Below, in pieces: positions 22,187-30,765 of a DNA stretch of 64,000 nucleotides; the stretch's first letter is position 1; each line of letters starts with the position of its first letter. The notes beneath the pieces were generated by a model. That model saw only the letters and a list, made by a program, of their open reading frames with translations. It did no database searches and was not told the DNA's origin. The stretch covers positions 1 to 64,000 of the forward strand of contig JBGANF010000002.1 of assembly GCA_044222475.1 (NCBI GenBank). Direction: 5' to 3'. This DNA comes from Polyangiaceae bacterium (GTDB lineage Bacteria > Myxococcota_A > Polyangia > Polyangiales > Polyangiaceae). Both the position numbers and the translations under genes were made by a program.

Positions 22187-22300
22187 TGGCGGCCGAAGAC
22201 CCGTACAGAAGCCTTGGTTTGTAGGGGGGAGTCTTGTACGGTGTCGGCCGTGGTCCGTCGCCAAGTGCGCGGATCCTGAAGGCTCACAGGAGGCTTGGCG

Positions 22301-23410
22301 TTGAAGACTCAACGAATCCTAGGGAAACTCGTCGCTGGCGCGGTTTTGGGCGCGCTCGCGGTAGGGTACGTGCCGGGTACTGCGTTCGCTCAGGGAGCGA
22401 AGCCGACGGCCACCGCGACCACGGGAACGGGCGCGAAGCCGCCCGCTCCGCCGGCCACCACGGGAGGCGCCGCCAAGCCGCCCGCCACTCCGCCGCCGAC
22501 CGACCCGAAGGCCCTGTACGGCGACGGGGAGAAGAAGTTCAAGGCCGGTGACTTCGCCGGCGCCCTGGCGTCCTTCCAAGGCGCAGAGGCGATCAAGCCC
22601 GCCCCCCAGGCCGAGCGCTACATCGGGCTCTGCCACGACAACCTCGGCCACTACGCCGACGCGGTGACCTTCTACGAGAAGTTCCTCACCGCCCCGCCGG
22701 CGAAGATGGTCAAGGAGACCGAAGAGATCAAAGCGCGCGTCGCGACCATCAAGGCGATGCCGGGCAAGGTTCACATCGAGAGCACGCCTCCCGGAGCGAG
22801 CATCCTCGTCGACGGAAAGCAGATGGGCAACGCCCCCGCCGACATCGAGCTCACGCCGGGCAAGCACATCGTGAAGCTCGAGCTCGCAGGCTACCTCCCG
22901 ATCGACAAGGATCTCGACGTCGCCTACGGCTCGAAGCAGGAGATCAAGTCGGAGCTCACCGCCAAGCCGGCAGAGCCGCCGCCGCCGGTCGCCGTCACGA
23001 CGCCGACCGAGCCGCCGAAGCCGGCCGAGCCGCCGAAGCCGGCCGAGCCCCCGAAGGAGCCCCGCAGCAAGGTCCCGGCGTTCATCACCGGCGGTCTCGC
23101 AGTCGCCGCCGTCGGCGTCGGAACCGTCTTCGGGATCCTCGCGCTCGGCAAGCAGAGCTCCTTCAAGGACTCGCCGAACGCGGACACTGCCGACACGGGT
23201 GAGAACTTCGCGCTCGTCGCCGACATGTCGTTCGGCATCGCGATCACGCTCGGCGTGACGAGCCTCGTGCTCTTCCTGACCAACGACGACGAGCCGGCCA
23301 AGCCGGCGGCCGCGGCGCTCCCCAAGAAGAGCTCGCCGTGGAAGAACTTCACCCTCGCTCCCGTCGTGACGTCGCAGGGTGGCGGCGCGGGCGCGAGCTT
23401 CCGCTTCTGA
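22301..23410 (+). CDS. TPR- and PEGA-domain secreted/membrane protein
   Basis: Signal peptide, TPR helices, PEGA (IESTPPGASILVDG...PGKH...LAGY), hydrophobic hairpin, C-terminus GGGAGASFRF; AGGAGG lies 7 nt before TTG 22301. Confidence 0.85.
   Translation: MKTQRILGKLVAGAVLGALAVGYVPGTAFAQGAKPTATATTGTGAKPPAPPATTGGAAKPPATPPPTDPKALYGDGEKKFKAGDFAGALASFQGAEAIKPAPQAERYIGLCHDNLGHYADAVTFYEKFLTAPPAKMVKETEEIKARVATIKAMPGKVHIESTPPGASILVDGKQMGNAPADIELTPGKHIVKLELAGYLPIDKDLDVAYGSKQEIKSELTAKPAEPPPPVAVTTPTEPPKPAEPPKPAEPPKEPRSKVPAFITGGLAVAAVGVGTVFGILALGKQSSFKDSPNADTADTGENFALVADMSFGIAITLGVTSLVLFLTNDDEPAKPAAAALPKKSSPWKNFTLAPVVTSQGGGAGASFRF
23009..23056 (+). repeat. 18-bp tandem repeat encoding EPPKPA
   Basis: gagccgccgaagccggcc twice plus a partial copy. 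Confidence 0.75.
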
Positions 23411-23421
23411 GGAGAACAGGG

Positions 23422-23730
23422 ATGAAGACCAACACGAAGCGGATTGTGCTCCTCTCGACCTTGTCGCTGGCGATGGCCGCGGCGGGTTGCCAGCTCATCG
23501 TCGACTTCGATCGCACGAAGATCGACGCCGGTGCGGTCGACGCGTCGTTCGACGTCGCGAAGCCCGACAACAGCGTCCCGGACACCGGCAACGACGTGAC
23601 GCCCCAGCCGGACAGCGGCAAGGACGCGAGCGACGGCGCGGTCAGTGACGCGAGCGACGCGTCGACGAGCGACGCGAGCGACGCAGCGGCGGACGCCGAC
23701 GACGGCTCGGCCGACGCGGCGACCGAGTAG
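23422..23730 (+). CDS. small acidic lipoprotein
   Basis: GAGGAG RBS; lipobox AAGC-QLIVDFDR followed by DAS/DAG low-complexity tail. Confidence 0.8.
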   Translation: MKTNTKRIVLLSTLSLAMAAAGCQLIVDFDRTKIDAGAVDASFDVAKPDNSVPDTGNDVTPQPDSGKDASDGAVSDASDASTSDASDAAADADDGSADAATE

Positions 23731-23739
23731 CTCACTACC

Positions 23740-25080
23740 TCAGGGCTTCACGCAGCGGGGCCGGTTCGACACGAGGCCGCATTTCATGCCGGCCTTCGTG
23801 CAATCGGCGTCGGTGCAGCACGGGTCGGTGCAGTAACCATTGGGGAGGTTCGCGCAGAAGAACGACGCGCAGTCGTCGTTCTTGGTGCACGCTTGCCCGA
23901 GCGTCTTCGGACCGCCGGTGCCGATCAAGCAGAGCGGCACCGGCTCGTTGACGTTCGGATTGGGGAGGAAATACCCGCAGGTGGACGCGGTCGGGTTGAG
24001 CGTCCCCCCGAGGAGCGTCGTGCACGCGCTCGAGTTGCAGCACCAGTCGAGGCATCGGTCTTGGTACAAGAACTGGAACACGGTGGCGCACATGCCGGAG
24101 CGGCACGTCGTGTCGCTCCCCGAGCCACAGGTCCCGTCCTGGCCCTTCGTGCCCGGCCAATCGCGGCAGAACAAACCGTTGTGACCGTCGGCGCTGGCGT
24201 AGATGCAGTGCGATCCGGACTTGCAGTTGGTGTCGGCGCAGCACGTGTCGCCGCAGCGTCCGTTCACGAGCGCTCCGCTGCGGCACTCCGCTGCGGCCGC
24301 AGCCGTGTCGCCCGGACCCTTCGCGCCAGTCGTCACCGGTCGGCCGAGCTTCGCGCCGGAGACGCAGTACTTCCCGCCGTTGCCGGGCGCGTAACACACG
24401 TAGTCACGCGGGCAGTCGTCGGATACGCAGCACGGCTTCGTGCACATGCCCTTGAGGGGATCCGGTAGGACGGCGCTGGTGAGCGTGTCCTTGAAGTAGC
24501 AGTCGAACCCGGTCTTGCACTCGGGGCCGGCGATGCACGGAGCCCCGATGTCTTGCGGGACGGATTGCACGCACTGCAGCGTCACCGGGTCGCAGTACTT
24601 GCCGGGAGGGCAGCTGTTCGACGAGCACGGGACGACGCACTTGCTGATGCGACCGATGCAGACCGTACCGACTTCGGCGTCACACGAGCCTTCGTCGACC
24701 TTGCCGTTGCAGTCGTCATCGGCGCCGTTGCACAGCTCGGGCGCGCCAGGGTGGACGTCCTTGTTCGAGTCGTCGCAGTCGACGCGCGCGAAGCCGCCGC
24801 TTCCGTCCTTGGTTCCACACGTCGTGTAGCCGTCGCCGTCGCCGTCCGAGAGCGGCCCGTCGTCGACCTTGCCGTTGCAGTCGTTGTCGAAGCCGTCGCA
24901 CACGTCGCGGGACTCGCAGTCGGCGCAGCCGACGCCCTTGCAGTATTTTCCCTTCGGGCAGCTCTCGGCGGTGCCGTCGCACGTGAAGGCCGGTACGTCG
25001 GACGTCACGATGGCTTGGCACGAGAGGGTGACGAGGATCGCGCCCATCGCCGCCAGCGAGAGCCCGTGGGCGAGCTTCAA
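23740..25080 (-). CDS. Cys-rich lipoprotein with MopE-like putative metal-binding repeats
   Basis: TLSC lipobox; CDGFDNDCNGKVDD and DCDDSNKDVHPGAPELCNGADDDCNGKVDE; TTG start overlaps the upstream TGA. Confidence 0.85.
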   Translation of the reverse strand: MKLAHGLSLAAMGAILVTLSCQAIVTSDVPAFTCDGTAESCPKGKYCKGVGCADCESRDVCDGFDNDCNGKVDDGPLSDGDGDGYTTCGTKDGSGGFARVDCDDSNKDVHPGAPELCNGADDDCNGKVDEGSCDAEVGTVCIGRISKCVVPCSSNSCPPGKYCDPVTLQCVQSVPQDIGAPCIAGPECKTGFDCYFKDTLTSAVLPDPLKGMCTKPCCVSDDCPRDYVCYAPGNGGKYCVSGAKLGRPVTTGAKGPGDTAAAAAECRSGALVNGRCGDTCCADTNCKSGSHCIYASADGHNGLFCRDWPGTKGQDGTCGSGSDTTCRSGMCATVFQFLYQDRCLDWCCNSSACTTLLGGTLNPTASTCGYFLPNPNVNEPVPLCLIGTGGPKTLGQACTKNDDCASFFCANLPNGYCTDPCCTDADCTKAGMKCGLVSNRPRCVKP

Positions 25081-25979
25081 AACGATCCCCCGATCACGAA
25101 CGCGGCGCCGCCCGGCGTGGGGGCGATCGACACGTTCGTCAGCGCTGCGGTCGGGGTCTTCTTCTTCTTCGGCGTGGTCGTCGGCGCGGGCGATGCCGAC
25201 GCTCCGGTGTCCGCGTCGGGGTAGCGCGTGCGGCCGAAGAAGACGCCGAGCGTGGCGCCGGTGGCGAGGAGGCCCACGAGGAAACCGATGTCGGAGACGA
25301 TCGCGTAGGTGTGTGCCTGGTTGGTGCGGCTCTCGAGCTCGGCGTACGTGAGGCTGAGGCTGTTGTTGGTCGCCGAACCGGTGGTCAGACCCTGAGCCGG
25401 CTTCGTCGTGAGCGCCATGATGCCGAACGCGGCGCCGACGCCGAGGCCGCCCAGCGCGAGCACGCCGAGCGACACCGTGAGCGCGTCGATGCGTCCGCGC
25501 GGTGGGCTCTCGACCGGAGTGGGGACGTAGATGAGCTGTGGCGGCCCCGACTTCGCGTCGGGATCCACCGGCGGCGGCGCGGTCTTCACTTGGTCGGCGA
25601 GAACGCCTTCGAGCCGCTTCACCGTCGCTTGGACCTTCGTCCGCTCGCTCGCGGGGAGCTCCTTGCCGAGGTACTCCTTGAAGTAGTTGATCGCGTCCTC
25701 GGTGCGGCCTGCCTTCTCGCACACGGTCGCCAAGTTGAAGATCAGGTCCTTCGCGGTCGGGTCGAACGCGCGCGCGCGCTCGAGCTCGGCGATGGCCTTG
25801 CCGTACGCGCCCTCGGCGTAGAACTCGCGCGCGGCCTTGAAGTGGACGGCGGCCTTCTGGAGCGCCTCGGCCGAGACGGCCTCGTCCTCGGCGTGGGCCA
25901 CGCGCTCGCTGGCGCCGACGCCCGCGAGCGAGGTCCCGAGCGCGAGCGCGGCGGCGAGCGCCAGGGTCCGGGGCCTCAT
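25077..25979 (-). CDS. TPR-containing secreted/membrane protein
   Basis: Signal peptide, TPR (YAEGAYGKAIAELERA...FNLA...AINYFKEYL), hydrophobic hairpin, C-terminus GGAAFVIGGSF. Confidence 0.82.
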   Translation of the reverse strand: MRPRTLALAAALALGTSLAGVGASERVAHAEDEAVSAEALQKAAVHFKAAREFYAEGAYGKAIAELERARAFDPTAKDLIFNLATVCEKAGRTEDAINYFKEYLGKELPASERTKVQATVKRLEGVLADQVKTAPPPVDPDAKSGPPQLIYVPTPVESPPRGRIDALTVSLGVLALGGLGVGAAFGIMALTTKPAQGLTTGSATNNSLSLTYAELESRTNQAHTYAIVSDIGFLVGLLATGATLGVFFGRTRYPDADTGASASPAPTTTPKKKKTPTAALTNVSIAPTPGGAAFVIGGSF

Positions 25980-26046
25980 GCGGCGGAGTATAGCAACAAA
26001 GCGCAGCGGGGATGTAAGGACTGCTCCGGGGCGGCGTTCCGGTGTC

Positions 26047-26718
26047 ATGCGAATCACGCAGGTCTTTGCGCCTCTCCTCGCCGCCGCGGCCCTCGGCTTC
26101 TCCGCCACCGCCGCCGCCGATCCGGCCGCCATCGCGGTCAACGGATTCGCCCAGCCTCCGCCGTCCGCGCGGGTCATCTGGGTCACGCCGCCCCCGCCGC
26201 CGCAGGTGGTCTACGAGCGGCCTGCCCCTCCCGAGCTGCCCCACGAGGACTATCGGTCGCCGTTCCGTCTGAGCCTCGGCCCCGCCGGGGTGACCGCCGG
26301 TCGAGGCTTCGGCATGGGCCTCGGCCTCGCGGCCGACTTCGGGACCGGCACCGCCGGCGTGCGCATCAGCGCGGCGTGGCTGCGGCCCGAGTCGAGCGAT
26401 TCCTCGGCGCCGATCGCGGGCGGCATGGGTCACTACGCCGCGGAGCTCAACCTCGACCTTCACAAGGCCGGGCCGTGGCATCCGCTCGTCGGCGTCGGCT
26501 TCGGGTTCGCGCACATCGCGTCCACCGACGCGCGTCCCGGCGGCTTTGCCGGAGTCGGTCTCGCGCGCCTCGGCTTCGAGTACTCGTTCGGGCTCGACGA
26601 CGCCGACGTGCGCGTGGGGTTCCATCTCACCGGCGCGCTTCCGGGGCCCGCGGATCCCGAGCTCTCGAACCTCAAGGGCTACGTGATCGGGATGGCGGCG
26701 CTCAGCGTCGGGTTCTGA
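26047..26718 (+). CDS. putative outer-membrane beta-barrel protein
   Basis: Signal peptide, Pro-rich linker, amphipathic beta strands, terminal Phe. Confidence 0.65.
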   Translation: MRITQVFAPLLAAAALGFSATAAADPAAIAVNGFAQPPPSARVIWVTPPPPPQVVYERPAPPELPHEDYRSPFRLSLGPAGVTAGRGFGMGLGLAADFGTGTAGVRISAAWLRPESSDSSAPIAGGMGHYAAELNLDLHKAGPWHPLVGVGFGFAHIASTDARPGGFAGVGLARLGFEYSFGLDDADVRVGFHLTGALPGPADPELSNLKGYVIGMAALSVGF

Positions 26719-26762
26719 GCCCGAGGCACCCCTGGTGCGAAGATCATGCTACCTGAGAGGCG

Positions 26763-28010
26763 ATGGATGAGCTGATCGCCGCCCTCGGACGCCGCGCCCG
26801 CGCGGCGACGCGCGCCCTCGCGACGCGCAGCACGGTCGACAAGGATCGCGCGCTCGCTGCGATCGCCGCCGAGCTCCGTGCGCGCATGCCGGCGATCCTC
26901 GCGGCGAACGCGGAGGACGTCGCGCGCGCGCGCGACAAGGGAACCAAGGACGCGCTCGTCGATCGGCTGGCGCTCGATGCGGGTCGCGTCGAAGCGATCG
27001 CGAAGAGCGTCGAGAGCATCGTCGCGCTCCCGGATCCGGTCGGCGTCGTCATCGAAGAGCGCTCGCAGCCCAACGGTCTGCGCATTCGCCGCGTGCGCGT
27101 GCCGCTCGGCGTGATCGCGATGATCTACGAGGCGCGCCCGAACGTCACCGTCGAGGCCGCGGCGCTCACGCTCAAGGCGGGAAACGCCGTGATCCTGCGC
27201 GGCGGGTCCGACGCGCAGCGGAGCAACGCGGCGCTCGCGGCGGCGGTCCGCGCGGGGCTGAAGGTCGCGGGGATCCCCGAGGACGCGGTCGCCACCCTCG
27301 ACGACACGTCGCGCGAGGCGATGCAGGCGCTCCTTCGCGCCGAAGGATCGATCGACCTCGCGATCCCGCGCGGCGGCGAAGCGCTGATCCGATTCGTGAC
27401 CGAGCACGCGCGCGTGCCGGTCGTTCAACACTACAAAGGCGTGTGCCATCTCTTCGTCGACCGCGGCGCCGACGTGGAGCTCGCGACGAAGCTCGTCGTG
27501 AACGCGAAGCTCTCGCGTCCCGGCGTGTGCAACGCGCTCGAGTGCCTACTGATCGACTCGGCCGAGGCGAGCACGCTCCTGCCGCCGATCGCACGGGCGC
27601 TCCTCGATCGCGGGTGCGAGCTCCGGGGGTGCGAGCGCACGGTCGCTCTGGTGCCCGAAGCGAAGCCGGCCGCCGCGGACGACTTCGGGCGCGAATTCCT
27701 CGACACGATCCTCGCGGTTCGCGTGGTCGACGGGATCGACGGCGCGATCGAGCACATCGCGCGGTACGGGTCCGGCCACACCGAGGCGATCTGCACCCGC
27801 GACGCGGCTCGGGCCGAGCGCTTCCGGCGCGAGGTCGACGCGGCGTGCGTCGTCGTCAACGCGTCGACGCGCTTCCACGACGGCGGGGAGCTCGGGCTCG
27901 GCGCCGAGATCGGCATCGCGACGAGCCGCCTGCACTGGCGAGGCCCGATGGGGCTCGAATCGCTGACGACCATGAAGTGGATCGTCGACGGAGACGGCCA
28001 GACGCGCTGA
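26763..28010 (+). CDS. proA: gamma-glutamyl phosphate reductase
   Basis: VPLGVI..IYEARPNV, IPRGG, CNALE, NASTRF and GAEIGI...RGPMGL motifs. Confidence 0.95.
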   Translation: MDELIAALGRRARAATRALATRSTVDKDRALAAIAAELRARMPAILAANAEDVARARDKGTKDALVDRLALDAGRVEAIAKSVESIVALPDPVGVVIEERSQPNGLRIRRVRVPLGVIAMIYEARPNVTVEAAALTLKAGNAVILRGGSDAQRSNAALAAAVRAGLKVAGIPEDAVATLDDTSREAMQALLRAEGSIDLAIPRGGEALIRFVTEHARVPVVQHYKGVCHLFVDRGADVELATKLVVNAKLSRPGVCNALECLLIDSAEASTLLPPIARALLDRGCELRGCERTVALVPEAKPAAADDFGREFLDTILAVRVVDGIDGAIEHIARYGSGHTEAICTRDAARAERFRREVDAACVVVNASTRFHDGGELGLGAEIGIATSRLHWRGPMGLESLTTMKWIVDGDGQTR

Positions 28011-28056
28011 AACGACCTTGACGGGCCCTGTGCCCGGGTGCTCTTTTCGATCGCAC

Positions 28057-28680
28057 ATGGCGGCGCGCAAAGGCACGGGCGGGGGCGGCGGAAAACTGGG
28101 CGAAGGCGGAAGGCCGCGGATTCGCTCGTCCCACGGAAAGGCCGACCCGCACGCGCGGCCGGCGCCTCGGCCGAAGCCGCGACCGCGTCCGCACGCGAGT
28201 CCGCGGCCCGGAGCCGGCCCGCGACCGACGGCCTCGCGCGAAGGTCCGAGCAGCAAGAAGAGCGACCTCGGTCGCATGCCGCGCTCGCTCCTCGTGACGG
28301 ACGGCCCGAGCCAAGCCTCGGACTCCGGGCGCGAGCTCGCGACGCAGATCGCGATCGCGGCGCTCGAGAAGAAGGCCGTCGGTCTCGAGATCCTCGATGT
28401 CGCGGGGAAGGTCGACTACGCCGATTTTCTCGTGCTCATGACCGGTCGCAGCGATCGCCAAGTCGCCGCGCTCGCGCAGGGCATCGAAGAGGCGCTCGCG
28501 AAGCGCGGCAAGCGCGTGCTCTCGATCGAGGGCATGCCGCAGGCGAGCTGGGTCCTCATGGACTTCGGGGACGTCGTCGTCCACGTGCTCCAGGAAGAAG
28601 CGCGCCAGAGCTACGATCTCGACGGCCTCTGGGTCGACGCGCGACGCATCGCCGTCCCGCCGCCGCCCGAAAATCGCTAG
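28057..28680 (+). CDS. rsfS: ribosome silencing factor with N-terminal Pro/Arg-rich extension
   Basis: EKKA, DFLVLMTGRSDRQV, WVLMDFGDVVVHV and R.SYDLDGLW motifs. Confidence 0.88.
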   Translation: MAARKGTGGGGGKLGEGGRPRIRSSHGKADPHARPAPRPKPRPRPHASPRPGAGPRPTASREGPSSKKSDLGRMPRSLLVTDGPSQASDSGRELATQIAIAALEKKAVGLEILDVAGKVDYADFLVLMTGRSDRQVAALAQGIEEALAKRGKRVLSIEGMPQASWVLMDFGDVVVHVLQEEARQSYDLDGLWVDARRIAVPPPPENR

Positions 28681-28712
28681 GGCCTGTCTTCGATCGAGAC
28701 ACTCGGTTGGAG

Positions 28713-28773
28713 AACCGCCAGGAGCGCCAGGAGCGCCAGGGGACGTACGCGACGCTCCTGGCGACGCTGGCGG
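28713..28773. repeat. REP-like hairpin built from 9-nt repeats
   Basis: Three direct (a/g)(c/g)cgccagg-type 9-mers followed by their inverted copies; lies between convergent genes. Confidence 0.7.
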
Positions 28774-28847
28774 CTTTTCCCTCTCTCGGGCGATCCGGAA
28801 CGGACCGTCGGCGCATGTGTCCCAGTTTGGTACGCTCCCACTTCCAC

Positions 28848-29282
28848 TCACTTCCCCGCGAAGACGAGGATCACGTTCCCTTCGCGCTCCACGCGGAGAC
28901 CCTTCGCGGCGAGCACCACGTCGAGCACCTGATCCCACGGGACGTGGCGCATCGTCAGGGTCACGGTTCCCTGCACGCCGTCGCCGAGGATGATGTTGAT
29001 CTTCCCCACGTCGGCGAGGAGACGACAGACGTCGTGGATGTCGGCGCCTTTCACGTCGAGATCGATCGGCCGGCCGACGTAGCGCGGGCGCACGTCGTCG
29101 CTCGCGATCGTGCGCGTCTGGAACCGCGGCGGTGGGGGCTCTGCCGGCGGCGCGGTGTCGGCCGAAGGGCAGTCTTGGGCCGTGGTCACGGCGGCCGGCT
29201 TCGGAGCGGTGGCGACCGCAGGCGCCGGAGGGGGAGCCTCCGCGCACGCGCAGAGGAGGACGAGGACGTGCGCCGCGCGCAC
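28848..29282 (-). CDS. lipoprotein with a stand-alone secretin N0/STN-like domain
   Basis: LCAC lipobox; YVGRPIDLDVKGADI...GTVTLTMRHVPWDQVLDVVL...GL...EGNVI resembles the PilQ N-terminal domain. Confidence 0.75.
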   Translation of the reverse strand: MRAAHVLVLLCACAEAPPPAPAVATAPKPAAVTTAQDCPSADTAPPAEPPPPRFQTRTIASDDVRPRYVGRPIDLDVKGADIHDVCRLLADVGKINIILGDGVQGTVTLTMRHVPWDQVLDVVLAAKGLRVEREGNVILVFAGK

Positions 29283-30134
29283 TCAGGCCCCCGACTTCTT
29301 CGACTTCTTCTTTTTCTTCTTCTTCGGCGGGGGCTCTTCCTTCTTCTTCGGCGCCACGATGAACGCGACGCCGACCGAGAGGAGGTAGAGCCCGACGAGC
29401 GCGCCGCTGACGGCGACCTGGCTCGTGATCTCGGGGCCTGGCGTGGCGATCGCGCCGACGACGAACGAGAGGATCACCGCCCATCGCGAGAACTTGAGGA
29501 GCTGCATCGGCGTCACGATCCCGGCGAGCGCGAGGAACGTGATGAACAGCGGCAGCTCGAAGACGGCGCCGAACGCGAGCAGCATCCGGGTCGAGAAATC
29601 GAGGTAGAACTCGAGCGTCGGCCGTTGCGTCAGCACCGTGCCGCTCGCGGAGATCGTGCCGAGCAGCGAGAAGAAGTACGTGAAGGTGAACGGGAACGCG
29701 ACGTAGTACGCGAACGCGACGCCCGACAAGAACAGCCCAGTCGAGAAGAAGACGAACGGAACGACGAAGCGCTTCTCCTTCGAGTAGAGGCCGGGGCTCA
29801 CGAACGACCAGAGCTGGTAGAAGATGATCGGCGCCGAGGCGATGATGCCGGCGACGAGCGAGAGCTCGAGGTAGCCGGTGAACACGTCGCCCGGCGACAG
29901 CGTCTGGAGCTCGGGTTTACCGGGCATCCCCTTCGCGATCCACGCCGTCTCGTAGGGCTTCACCAGCCACGCGAGGATCTGCACGCGGAACGCCCACGCG
30001 ACGCACGTGCAGATGAGGAGCCCGATCGCGGCGCGGGTGAGGCGCTTCCGGAGCTCGCCGACGTGCTCCCAGATCGTCATCTGGACGTCGGATTCGGGCC
30101 GCTCCGGAGTCTCGTCGGTGGTCTCGGCGCTCAT
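29283..30134 (-). CDS. tatC: twin-arginine translocase subunit TatC
   Basis: MTIWEHVGELRKRL, QLWSFVSPGLYSKEK, FELP and ATPG motifs; six TM helices. Confidence 0.95.
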   Translation of the reverse strand: MSAETTDETPERPESDVQMTIWEHVGELRKRLTRAAIGLLICTCVAWAFRVQILAWLVKPYETAWIAKGMPGKPELQTLSPGDVFTGYLELSLVAGIIASAPIIFYQLWSFVSPGLYSKEKRFVVPFVFFSTGLFLSGVAFAYYVAFPFTFTYFFSLLGTISASGTVLTQRPTLEFYLDFSTRMLLAFGAVFELPLFITFLALAGIVTPMQLLKFSRWAVILSFVVGAIATPGPEITSQVAVSGALVGLYLLSVGVAFIVAPKKKEEPPPKKKKKKKSKKSGA

Positions 30135-30709
30135 GGGACCGAGGTCTCGCGCGTGTGGTCGTCGGCGGGTGGAGCCTCGGCCGCTTCGGGCTCCTGTTTG
30201 GGCTCGTCGGGGAGGGGCGGGAGCGGGTGGTCGGGATCACCGAAGAGGTACAGCGCGTCTCGCGCGAGCGGGCTCTTGGGGAACGAGTCGGCGTACACGA
30301 GCGCGGTGTCCGGGATCGCGCCGTAGGAGTCGGGGCCTTCGCGAGGGGTCTCGCGGTCGCGGTCGACGAAGACGTCGGCGTACGGCTCCGGGGCGAGCGG
30401 CTCGTGGGACACGGAGCGAGAGGCGGTGCGTGGGGAGGTCGCGGCGCTGAGGGCTCCCGCGGTGCTGCGCGCGACGCCGTCGAGCTCGCCGCGAGCGAGC
30501 TTCTGGATCTCGCGGATGTCGTCGGTGAGGCCTTCGCTGCGGATCGCGTCGTCGATGCCGCTCTGGGCGCGGAGGTCGGCCGCCATGCGGCGCAGCTTGC
30601 CGGCCCACTGGCCGAGCTTTCGCAGGACCTTGGGGAGCTCCTTCGGACCGATGACGATGAGCGAGACGATCACCACGACCGCCAGCTCTCCGAAGCTCAT
30701 CCCGAACAC
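30131..30709 (-). CDS. tatB: twin-arginine translocase subunit TatB
   Basis: MFGMSFGELAV...IGPKELP plus amphipathic helix; overlaps tatC. Confidence 0.88.
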   Translation of the reverse strand: MFGMSFGELAVVVIVSLIVIGPKELPKVLRKLGQWAGKLRRMAADLRAQSGIDDAIRSEGLTDDIREIQKLARGELDGVARSTAGALSAATSPRTASRSVSHEPLAPEPYADVFVDRDRETPREGPDSYGAIPDTALVYADSFPKSPLARDALYLFGDPDHPLPPLPDEPKQEPEAAEAPPADDHTRETSVP

Positions 30710-30765
30710 AGAACGCACGTTAGCACGGGCGCGCGGGCCGGGAGATGCGCTAAGAAAGGGGCGAA

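Noticed and set aside
25081..26625. 961-aa version of the MopE-like protein
   Set aside because: The upstream part overlaps the TPR gene and the barrel gene; the lipoprotein signal starts at TTG 25080.
29290..29350. ttc repeats as a phase-variable tract
   Set aside because: They encode the poly-Lys tail of TatC; triplet slippage would not shift the frame.
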